Source of the DNA: Styela clava | Taxonomy: Eukaryota | Direction of reading: 5' to 3' | Length of the DNA: 64,000 nt | NCBI RefSeq assembly: GCF_964204865.1 | Contig: NC_135254.1 | Location: 10,788,001 to 10,852,000 of the forward strand | Part shown: in pieces, positions 1 to 11,745 of the stretch | Layout: each line of letters opens with the position of its first letter | How positions within the stretch are numbered: the stretch's first letter is position 1 | Made by a program: the position numbers and the translations under genes | The notes under the pieces: model-generated | The model's input: only the letters and a program-made list of their open reading frames with translations | Databases searched by the model: none | Told to the model about the DNA's origin: nothing

Positions 1-332
1 ATATATTCATTAATAAATAAAACACAATTGATCGGTACATCTACAACAATCACTAATCATGAACAATACACAATTCATCATATAAAATAATCAGTAAATG
101 TATCATAAAATTTTCCATTTTTGATCAGACGGACTTCGTGTGTACACGAAATGTAGTTTCCCAACAATGCTATTGAGCTAGTGTGAGTCACCTTCTATGC
201 AGAATAGAATTTAAAGGAAAATTTGTCGTATGATTTATCTTATTAAAAAGATTTGTTCACAAATGTGTGATATTTAAATATATCAAAATGCAATTAGCTT
301 CAAAATAATAACTTGAACTGAGTATTCCTTAG

Positions 333-3300
333 GCCGCTGTTGACGAAATATCAATTCATGGATTCACAACTTACACTGCACATGCTATCAACAAAACAGT
401 GAATGAAGATTTCATGAGATCTGATCGTTTTTATGATGCTTCAGTGAAGAAAGTCATTATTTTATTTACAGATGGAAGGTAATATCTTGTGGGAACAATG
501 TCTGAATACACGTAAAATGCACCTTTGAATCGTATCGTTAACTGTTGTTAATGTTTTTGTTATTATTGTTAATGTTCACGGTTCATGTAATGGTAGTTAG
601 CAGAGTTCTTTTGATATATCCGTATATTTAGCCCCTTTGTTTTTCAACTTGGGTTTCTGCGCGATATATATTATTTTTATACCATCAAGATATTAGTTGT
701 TGAAAATCTAAATAAATGTTATTTCAAAGCTGATTACTACTTTATTATTTACCAAATTATTCTAATCTTAGACATCCAAAAATTAAGAAGTAGTATAAAA
801 CCGTTTTTGTTTTGCTCGATTTATTGAAGGTATGCTCGTGTAACAAGTCTTAAATATGTATGTAGATTGTAGATGGTTATAGATAATTTTTTAAATCTTT
901 TGAAGATCTACCGACAGAAATGATTTGCTTTCGTCAGCAAAATATGCTCGGTCAAATGGGATTACTATATTTGCAGTTGGTGCTGGAGGTTATGTAATGG
1001 AGGAATTACAGGTAATCTGAAAAGTTGTAACAAATTGAAATTAGAGAAATTTTTGGTTTCAATATATTATAGCATTTCTACCTTTTGTCTAATCATTATA
1101 TTTCTGTGTATTAAAGATTGTTCATCAACAAGACTGAGAAAGTATAACTAAATTAGTTATCAGGATAAAACTCTTTTTGACTGAGATTGATAAGTAACAA
1201 TGTAGGCTACTGTACTTGTTTAAATGTTGTTTACATATATGAAAACAAGAATACCTATAAGCCATATTTGCATGATAATTTCTTTCTAACAAAATGTCTA
1301 TAATTCTAGCCATTAATTTGTATTCCGTGATTAGATAAGTTAGAACTCTATTAAGTAGTATTTTAAAATATTGAATAGTCATCATAAGCATTGCATGATT
1401 CACCGATAAATTCAACTAATATGCATATGCAATAAATACATGCACGCGATTTACATATAAAACAAGCCGGTAGACGCCCAGAATCTGCACTGATACTTGA
1501 GGCCGGAGGTTCAGGAAAACGTTACCACACATGCAAAATAACAGATCTATAACGACAGTGTACTGCGGAACTGCCAGTTCATTTGAACGATGCGCGGCTC
1601 TTCAGCATCTCAGCTTTGGCGGTTTTCTGTGTTTAATTGTCAAAACATATTTACTTGTATTCCAAACTCCTGAGGTTTCCCCAGTTGTAAAGTATCGAAA
1701 TTAAATTACGAAATATTCTTCTACAGCAACATCCAGCAACATCAATTTTAAGTGCATTTACTTTCAATCGTTTGATATTAGAGCATTTTGTGCTCTTTGC
1801 AAACGATTGCGGGAGTGCTAGCATAACACACTGCACTTTATGAGTGATTGTCTGTGTTTTCTCGTTTGCAATGAATTTTTCTTTAGGAATATTGACTAGT
1901 GACGCTATGCTTCGCGTCTTTTGCCACCAATCACGTGTTGCCTGTGCTTGAAAATATACAGCGCTAGGATCGAGGGAAGGGACGTGCCAAACTTCTCTGC
2001 TGTCCAGTATGAGGTTATGATAGGAATGCCCCATAACTCCAAATCAATTCGCGGAATAAACAAATTATAGATGTTGTTATAAATGAGAATGAATAACTTG
2101 AAGGTCACGTATGAGGAGAATGTTTGTTGTATAATTGCGATATATCACTATGTGTTGGCATGTAATAAGACTCCGGCATCCCTTTTAATTTAGCATTCAC
2201 TGGTATGATTGTCTCCATTACGATTTTAATATTCATGGTTTTAGCAAATTGTATTTATGTCTTTGTGTTCATTTTTACCGACATAGTTGAATTGGGATCA
2301 TATGAGTAGGAAGTATCAAATAAAACGGTAACAAAAATATTTTTTTAGTAACGAACAAGACCTAACTTTGTATAGCTTGGCTGCATCGGATGTTTAAACC
2401 GAAACTGGGACAATCGTAAAATACCAACATGTAAAACTCCGCTGGCAAATAAGTTTCATATACTTTGACAGTAACTTTTATTCACAGATTATTGCAAATG
2501 GCCAGATCAATAACAATGAACGAGTGATTACAGTTTCAAATTTTACTAGGCTGAATACTACGGTAGACATTTTAAAGCAAGGTATATGTGCTATCCAAGG
2601 TAATGTTGATATTAATAGTCAGTTTTTATTGAGGCTGCTACGACATGTTAGTAGCATATAATTTCGAACTACGTTTTCAAAATATTTTTTGCGCCCGAAT
2701 CTGATATTGAGCCAAGACACTATAATAATTAAATGTTCCACATTTCAACATCATAAGCTGAAATGATACTTGATGGTTTTTTGTTTAAATCATTGGATTA
2801 TAAGATGAGAGGCTTTTTGCAGGCTACCACAACATAATCAACGATTGAAATTTATTTTCTCGTTTTCGAAAAGCATTTCGTTCAATGCGCAGAGCTAATA
2901 ATAACTCATTTCCTACAGATTTTATAGCATATAATATATAAATTAACATTCACCACAAGGTATAACTGCTGAAATGTTCAAATTAATAAGGGAATTATAT
3001 AAAATTCAAAAAAATATTTACATTCGTTTATAGTTCCCTTCATAGTGTCTCGCTACACTTGCACAACTTCATCGTTAGAAGTTCAATGGGAAACAACTAC
3101 ATTTAAGTCGGTCTTCTCATACAGACTTCAAATTCAGGTTACATTTATAAATAGAATGAAAATCATTACATTGGTCTAAACACTTTTACTGTGCGCTAAA
3201 ACTTGCCATTTTATGCTAAATATCACATTTATGTATTTAACTTATAGGATCTCAAGACCAAAGAAATCAAGAAGACAAGCGTTCAATTACTCATGAAAAA

Positions 3301-3508
3301 GGAACCAACAATAAAAATTCACGAAGAAAACACATCTCCGGAGTTTGCTTGCGTCACTACGACAAATTTGTATATTTCAAGCAACTACGAAATCGTTGTT
3401 GAGCAAATATCGGCAAAAACAAACAATCAAATAAAAACCATATCCAAAGTTCTTCACAATGCAAATGGGAAGACTATTATGCGGTTAACGTTTCTTGACT
3501 TTGTCTAG
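333..3508 (+). CDS. VWA1: VWA-FN3 protein, 5'-partial (exons 4-8: 333-478, 906-1011, 2488-2599, 3034-3137, 3248-3508)
   Basis: GT-AG exons join in frame: AAVDEISIHGFTTYTAHAIN...KKVIILFTDGR, STDRND...GITIFAVGAGG (VWA C-half), then TTSSLEVQW...YRLQ...NL..SNYEIVV (FN3-like). Paralogous to the two complete copies downstream. Confidence 0.85.
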
Positions 3509-3876
3509 CTTATATTCGGGATGTCAGACTTTTCAAAAGAAGATATTTTTTACACATACCAACTTAAAACACATGTAAATCTATATATGTGTGCGTATAT
3601 TTTTCATTCAGTTCAAATAAACATATTAGGACAATCCATCTATTATATGCTAATAGCCACCACCACATTCAGAGTATAATAAACTGGGTTAGGAATGCGG
3701 AACCGGAAGTATTCTGGTCCACCAAGCTCTGTTCTTTATTTATTATTTCTACTTCCCATGGTTTCTTATTTGGGGTGAAATTGTGAAGAACATTTCATAA
3801 AAATAATGCCAACTGATTACAGCTCCAAATTTGATTGGAATCCTGATTCAAATTGATATTACATTCAATTATTCAG

Positions 3877-3947
3877 GCTGTACTTGGGCATTTGATGATG
3901 GCAAGGAAAGTCAACACTGCTTGACAATACAATCAAACTCAGTTCAG
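3877..3947 (+). pseudogene. Orphan exon downstream of VWA1 (GCTWAFDDGKESQHCLTIQSNSVQ)
   Basis: Flanked by attattcag and gtgaa and conserved after all three VWA copies, but it lies beyond the in-frame stop of exon 8. Confidence 0.5.
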
Positions 3948-4269
3948 GTGAAAAAACTGAATGTTCTCTTCTTTATTCAGATTCCAGTTTTGTCAAATAA
4001 ATTATCACCATTTAATGTAAATAGATTGAAATCATGTTTTTGAATTTATAAGAAAAATTTATGAATTTTTGTGATATTAGTCGAGGACGCTTTCGAGGTC
4101 AATTTGCTTTGATTCATTTTAATGAAATGTTTACTATGTACACATTTCACACTTATATTAGTAAATTTAAAAAAAAAGGAATGTAATAAATTTTGATCGT
4201 ATTTAGTGATAATATTTACTGCCTTGGAGAAATTACCATTATTTAAATGTTTAGTACAAGATTATATTA

Positions 4270-4492
4270 TTTAGTTTGTACTACTGTCGAATAACTTATT
4301 CTCGAACGTAAGGGCAGTCAGCTAACTAGAGAAAATCATTCGAAGACTATGTTTTTACGTTGTTACGTATGGTTGTTCTCTAGTAGTACGAGACTAAATC
4401 ATTTAGTTTATACTTTGCCGAATAACTTATTGCACAAAGTAAGGACAGTCAGCTAACTAAAGAAAATCATTCGAACATGTATGTTTTTACGT
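4270..4492. repeat. Local duplication of a ~90 bp unit (..gaataacttatt..cagtcagctaacta..gaaaatcattcgaa..gtttttacgt)
   Basis: Two imperfect direct copies at ~4270-4360 and ~4402-4492; the paralogous region near 17010-17100 has one copy. Confidence 0.7.
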
Positions 4493-5752
4493 GGTGAGGT
4501 ATGTTTTACGTCACAACTCACAAATACCGCAATTAATGTTATGCTACGGTTCACATCATGAGAAAGAGTTTCCCAAGATTTTATATGTGATACTTGTTTA
4601 ATTTGGAAAGATCTAGTCTAGGTCATATTTGAACAAATCCTTCCAATTCCAATTATTAATTTAAGATTATATCGTTACAAACCTTATTTATATATAATCT
4701 GTTTGACTTATATTCATAGTTTTGTACAAGACAAAAACAATAATGGACCATACAAGTATGTTCTGAATTTAGTTATATTTTAAAGTTTCTATAAGGAACA
4801 CTTGAACGAAATCAAGTAATCTTTAAAGTGACATATTTACTATGTGGTCGTGAATTCTATTATTCTTTTATGTCAGTTTGAAGATTTCTTGATAGTGTTG
4901 ATAAACAATTACAAGAAATTTCATTTTAATGATACCATGCATATTCGTATTCAAATTTATGTTTAATCTGATTACTTTAAAAGTCTTTATCAAGAATGTA
5001 ACCAATTTAAGCAATTCAAATAAAAGCATTTTTTTGGCTCATCCTTTATATTCAAAGTATTGACATGCAAGGCGAATAGGTGAGTGTGAACTCATCACTT
5101 AGTCCTATAGCATTATAAAATAAGACGATTCCACCAAGCTTCAAATTATTGAATACCAATTATTGTAAAAAAAATGTCAGTGGCACCTACAAACAAAAAA
5201 GAAACACACTTAAAAAAATATGTTACTAATTTAGAAGGAAACAGGATGGATGCTATCAGGGTAAAGCTTTCAACAAAATATGACTTCAGATTAACAATAT
5301 TTGTTGAAAACACTTCAGAGTTAGACAATAGTGCTTGTGTACTTGCTTTCATTTATGGTAGGAAATAGAAAACCAAGGAATATCACAATACATCCATAAT
5401 ACAATACATCAACTTCATTTATATTACGGGATTCTTAAAAAAGTGGCAAATGTATTGCAAAGAAACCATTACCAGCCTAGATCATGTTATGCCAGTTATA
5501 CGAATCCAGATCCACAGTTGCCTTTATAATGAAAGATCCAAATTTTACATCTCCGATATGCAATGTTATTTTTGTTTCAATAAGTATCAGCTAATACAAG
5601 CGCAGAAGTTCAAGAACAAGTAGTAATGGTTAAAATTACAATGCTTGTATGCGTTTCAGAATGTATAACAAGATTCACGACTAAACAGGAGTGGCAATGG
5701 ATGATTGCTATTTAAAATCAACATGTCAAGAATCATATTCATTTTTAGGCAT

Positions 5753-8700
5753 TTAATTGATGTACGGATGTTCTTTTGTTGTGCTATTATTCATTTCTTC
5801 GTATTGATGATCTCCGTCTTTTATTTTCTCATAATTATGCGGGATTTCATAATTTTCTTCTTTCTCTTCTCTTAACTCATAATTTCCGGAGTTCAGTTGT
5901 GATGTTTGAATTTCATCAAAGTTTTCATAATAACTCGGGACGTCATTAACAACCCTATTCATCTCTGAAAGACGTTGTGGTTGAGTTGCGATTTTTTGAG
6001 AATTCCTTCAGTAAACAAAAAATAAGTTAGAATTAATTAATAAGTAGGATTTTAAATAAGAAACATTGGATTTGTTTTCGGAATTGCTTCTACCATAGAG
6101 GAGTTAGACAAAACAATCGACGAAAATGTTAGAGCCCAGTATTGCAGACATTGTCCCAGACATTGAGATTGCGCATACAGCTGTATAAAGAGACACACCT
6201 TACTGATTCAATTAAGAGTGAATACTCCAAATTTTCGGAAAATATACACATTTTGTTGTAGTATCGAACATTTCTCACCTCATTTTTTTGTTTCTACAAA
6301 TCAGCGAACCAATTCCAAATAGAATGATTGCAAGAATCAATGTGACTATGGATGAAATAATTGCAACCAATAAATTGTCGTGGCCTGCAATATATTTCAA
6401 CATATAGTAAGAAGAAGCATAAACGTTAAAAAAATTATCAGCATTGAACACAGGTTAAACATGAGAATCAGAAAGTCAGTGAGCATTTTATGTAACCACA
6501 AAATAGTAGTTTTAAAAACTCTGATTTTGTGCACTTAAGACTAATGTCTCTTATAATTTGTAAGCTATATAATCTTACCACAAGAAGTCGTTGTAGTAGT
6601 AGTGATTGCACTAGAGGGAAAGAAAATGTTTATCTTCGTAGATTCTGTGTTATTTGCATTGGCAGACAATGTGGAAGTATGTGTCATGTCATTGAGAGTT
6701 GTAAATTTATGATAAATATTTGTTGTTGTCATTTCAGCAGGCGCCGCGGTGGACGTTGTACTACAGGCAGTGTCTCTTGAACAATTGGTCGTCTGAAGAA
6801 AGTAATTGTGTTTAGCAATTTTTCGATACAATATATGTACGATAATATTTGTATATTCCAACATTTATTTAAATCCGAAGTTTAATGGTTGAACGTTCTT
6901 CAAAAAGTTAAACAAATTTAAAAATGCTCACAAAAATATTAATTCACACGCTTATGAAAAATAACGTCGGGCGCCCTGAATAAGAACTACTAGATATTCA
7001 CTTTTACGACTGCGGCTTATACGCTGTGAAATAGTAAAAACTATTCACACAACATAGAATGATGATCCTTTTTTTTTGAACCTTTTAGAAAATCAGAAAT
7101 TATTAACTTACTACAAATAATGGCATTTTTTTTATTATTTCTTACCTCAAAATTAGAACCAATGCAAATATTGGGCCCCGTTCTTCCCGAGTCAATGCAT
7201 GTTCGATTACGTACTTTCATCATTGAGCTGCAGTTACATGTACTCAACGATGACCAGGTTTCCCAGTATCTTCCTGCACAGTGTAAAGATTTAAAACAAA
7301 AGTTTTTTTGCCTGTTTTGATTAGAATGGCTGTATTTTTGTACGTAGTAAATAGGTTTAAACTTAAATAGGAAAAATTGCCAATTGCTTCTTATTCGCAA
7401 TAAACCCTTCGAAACTCTACAAATATCGATGACTTGCCCATACACGCCTTCTCAAGCTGTAGTGCAATACGTCCGCAAACATGGTCGGCGGAGAAAGACG
7501 CAAACGATAAGCCATTAAGTGAACCACTCCGTGTCGACGAGAAGTCCAACACTCTTGCACATTGTCACATCCCTCATGAGATTCGAACCAGGGGCGACTA
7601 TACCATTGGGCAAGGTAGGCTAAAGCCTTGAAGCCTCTAACCTCGTAGGCCTTAACAATCAATTTTAAGCTCATATTCACTGTAAATCCTTTTTGAATTG
7701 TGAAGCCTTCAGAGTTCCAGAATAATGTCACTTTAAAACTTTATATTTTTATTATTCACGGTAATAATTCCAAATATTTACCGATTGAAAGATTAAAAAA
7801 TTTGAAATATGGCCGAATAAATGATTTTGTAATAATACATCAACTTGAAATCCCTATTATGTTATATCCCATGGTTTAAATTTGTCCCAGATTCGAACCT
7901 GCATTCCAGCCGATCTAAGTATATTCTCCATTATTGTATTAATGCACTTGTTTTGTCGAATTTACAAGCGGTGACCGGGCTCCTGATGCAAATGTCTTTA
8001 GATTGTAGTAGGCCCGTGAGAGATGTTACATGATTTTTCTTTTTTTTTACTCAAAGCGTCTCCCTGATAACTCAGATAAACATTCCTGTTAAAATCTTAC
8101 GACTTTAGTGTTGGTACTAAGTTGGCGATATAGTTGCACAATGACAGTGAAACTTGAAGCAAACATTATAATAATCATTTATGCACTAATATTTAATCAA
8201 GAGTAGTTAGTTTTGAACGGAATATTTATGATAGAATTCATAGTCGCACTCACTAGGAATAAAAAAAAATCGTATCTGATTAAAATACGGGCGGTCGCTG
8301 AAATGCCAAGTGCCACTGAAATCATACCGTATTTTGTTGGCGCAAAGAGCAACAGCGAATACCTGTTGATGCGATACTTGAAGTTATTTAAATTAATGTT
8401 ATAAAGTTTATATAAACTAACGATCAGTAAACATTGGTATGATTTAAATGAACTAAATTAAAGTCAATGGCATTAAAATACATAAATAGTTATTTGTATA
8501 AAGAAAAAATGACATAATCTACAAATTAAGTAGACTTATTACATTAAAAGTTTGTTACCGATTAATCGTTGACATACAAATTCAGTTGGTGCATTCGCAG
8601 CGCAATCGACGTCATACCACGGTACATTTGCAAAATACGCGTTAAACCACCCCATAGCACCACAAGATTGGGTACTCTCACTAGAAGGTTCTCCTGAGTT

Positions 8701-9379
8701 CCAGTTAGTGTAGGTTAGTTCTGAATTGTCATTCCATATGAAGGTATTACTTGTGCCAACTTCCTTCAATCCAATATAAAATCCATAGGGTTGTCCTGTG
8801 CACAATAAAATGCCTTATCTTAGGGTAACGTTTTGTCGTGTGTAATATTTATCCAATATGAACATGGCTGATTGGGGCTGTTGAACATAATTGGAAACAT
8901 GTGCGAACACTTGAATACTGATGAATTAAGAATTCATAAACCAATGTATGGGGATTTCTCGCGCAAATCCCAAAACCCATGAGCAAAAGATTCTAATGAC
9001 CATGATGATAAATAACCTTAAGTAAATTCATTCAGGGATTTGAAATAAAAAGTGAAATGTCCTATTTACCTGAGGTAGCTGAGACTTGATTCTGAATAAA
9101 CGTTTGAATCTCGCTCGTTTTAATCATTGCCATCTCACCATCATTGTTTTTACAGAATGTTTCACCATCGGCATATGGTTTTATATCATCTTTTCCGGAT
9201 ACGTAATATTGGTAACTTCCAAATGCATTCCACTCACCTCTACCTGGTTCGCAAAAATAAAAAGTTTATGAATAAGCAAATAATTTGAAAGACATGATAT
9301 ATAGTATATACCAACCTGCGTTAACGACAGCAATCATCCAAGGAAATAATCCAATGTATATAAAAAGTTTCTCCTTCAT
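5753..9379 (-). CDS. Receptor A1: signal peptide-CTLD1-TSP1-mucin stalk-TM-acidic Tyr tail, ~391 aa (exons 9379-9316, 9243-9070, 8795-8559, 7273-7146, 6792-6579, 6384-6279, 6005-5753)
   Basis: Exons are phase-compatible and total 1176 nt. Signal MKEKLFIYIGLFPWMIAVVNA; CTLD (FC..GEMAMIK, FYIGL, WNSGEPS, WYDVDC, FVCQ); TSP1 (WETWSSLSTC..RNRTC); Thr-rich stalk; TM LLVAIISSIVTLILAIILFGIGSLI; tail motifs YENF, YELR, YEIP, YEKI, YEEM, YIN. Confidence 0.88.
7420..7915 (-). mobile_element. tRNA-derived SINE fragment, interrupted by a MITE
   Basis: Reverse-strand B-box GGTTCGAATC; body resembles the SINE at ~33950-34225. Boundaries approximate. Confidence 0.55.
7589..7890. mobile_element. hAT-like MITE
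   Basis: Starts CAGGGGCG and ends with degenerate GTCCCAG; perfect 8-bp TSD attcgaac (7581-7588 and 7891-7898). Confidence 0.6.
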
Positions 9380-11745
9380 TTACGCGGCTAATTATCTATC
9401 ATTTCTAACTTTCCCCATAACATTACAATTTGAATACAAAAATTGAAATAAAACAAGAATGGTGTGTATTTGCGAGCTGAGAACGTTTCCATCTTCTTCA
9501 TCACAAAATTGAGGATACTCAAAATAGTGTTTGATTAGGTTTAAAAACTAACAACAAATTTGTCTATATACCGTGACTCAACGTCCTGACTGTAAAGGCA
9601 GCTATGTTTTCATGCAGCAGAGAACCCTGTGGAAAACTAACTAAATAAACTATCCATGACAACATTAAAACATCAAAAGCTATGACCGATTAGATAACTC
9701 TACTAAATTTCTTCCAAAGCTAATAATACAATACACGCAAAACTTATGAATGAATGATTTGATTGCCCATAAGTACATTGAATCTAATTATTCGAGAATT
9801 TTCATTATTATTATCAGTACACTGCGACTAATTATCAAATTTCTAGCCACATTACTTTCAGTATCAGAAGAATGATGCAGCTGAAACCCTAATTCGACTC
9901 GCCAGGATGAAATCGTAAGCAATATGATCTAACATTTGTAAGATCAGTCAGTTCTTATCTTACAATGCCTAAGCCTAATATGAGTAATAAAGGTAATATT
10001 TTTATAAATGTAAAAATAAATAAAGATTTTGTGGGGGACAGAATGAAACTTTCTATTACGAGTGGGATATTTCCATAACCTTTTAGTTACAACGTTTTTG
10101 AAATGACTGCAAAGAGAAGATTAAAGATGAATATGCTCCAAAAGACGATACCTATTACAAAGCTAATTAGCAATGTTATCATATTATTCAGTCACTTATG
10201 TTGATGTTATTTTCGAGCGAACCTTATTCATACAGAAACATAGCGGTATTCTGAAAACTGACAACACTCAGATATAGGTATGTGAAAAATTATAACAGGG
10301 TTGACCTAATACTATTTATTGGAATTTCTAGCGCAAATAAGATGGTTATTATATTGAAAATACATATCTGAATCAGATTTTAATATACGAATTGTTTTCA
10401 TATGAAATTCTTGATTCTGGTTTCGCCAATCAAATCGATTTATGCGTTTTGGTTTCTACTGCAGAAGCCATACGATAACCATTACTATGGCCTTCTTACT
10501 ACGGAAATGCATGTCGAAAAAAACAACAACGGAAAATGAAGCAGAACGAAGATGGAAATGACACGTACCACAACTATTAGAATAATACATGAATATCATG
10601 ACAACTTTATAAGCAAAGCCAAGTAAAGCGATGAATATCGTGGACTATACTAGAGTTTTAATCTAATAAAAGTTTAGTAATCTCTTGTGACCGACTGCTG
10701 TGCTATCGTGAATGTCAAAAAAATTATTTAACCATTATTAAAAAAAAACTATTTGATATATGTAAAAAAACTATTCATTCATAAAATAATAAATCCATGA
10801 GTTCAAATCATTTGCGTTTTGTGGAACAAAAAAAAATAATCATAAAATTCCGAAATTTGTGTTGAAATAAATGAACGATTGTTGGTAAATGAGATGAATT
10901 CAGGTTTTAAGTTACACAAAAAAAAATTAAATTATATGTAACAACATGATTTCTCGAATATCATTTTTTTCCTAAGGGGTGTAATTAGACACTTTTATTT
11001 TCCATTGCAGAAATGAGAGTAACATTACTATGATGACTTGTGCAACAAACACTATTTTCTGAGAGTAGAAGTGTGAGCTACATATTTAGTGACGACTTGT
11101 GTTTATTTTGTATGTGTGTGTGATTCGTTCAATCTATTCGATTTTGAGCCAGTTTTGGGGAAGTTTAACGAAATTTGATTCAAAAATTACGATTATATAT
11201 TGTAAACTGTATTTTAGAGATACACTAAGATAACTGTTTACGTACTGACGTTTGCGCAAATGATTCACTGGAATAATTAGTCATAAAAAATGAACCTTGG
11301 TGATCCCCTCGCATATAATTGATCACAGTATAGTTAAATCTGTATTCAAGTTGCATTTGTTTGCATTTTTGTTTATCAGTGCATATTATAGCCACCTGTG
11401 CTGTATATTTAAAAATATGAAAATTTCGCATTGTGACTAAATATCTCAAACCGAAATTAGTATAGCGATACCAAACAGTCATATGTAAATGGGGCATTGG
11501 AGTATGTATCAAGCGCACGTATTTAACTTATTAGACATATTTTCAATTTCAATAAAATATGAATGAATAATATACTAGTGGCAGAAGTAACTGAATGCCA
11601 AGGATTTATCAATTCTTTGGAACAAGTTTTTTTTTAATGTTTTGGCATTTTCATTATCATTCTGTTTAACATATTTTTCAGAGCAATCATCCGCAAAGCA
11701 TTACAATCTATATTTGAATTTTGTCAGCTTATAGGATTTAGAAGA
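9380..11745. promoter_or_regulatory. Divergent (head-to-head) intergenic region between receptor A1 and VWA2
   Basis: Lies between outward-facing ATGs at 9379 (-) and 11746 (+); alignable along most of its length with 39579-41926. Promoter function is inferred. Confidence 0.5.

Noticed and set aside
1651-2108. Minus-strand ORFs (127 and 67 aa) repeated at 44811-45269
   Set aside because: They lie in VWA intron 5, are shared only through near-identical duplication, are broken by indels between copies and show no recognisable domain.
9086-9271. Plus-strand 61-aa ORF repeated at 24210-24395
   Set aside because: Antisense to CTLD1 exon 2.
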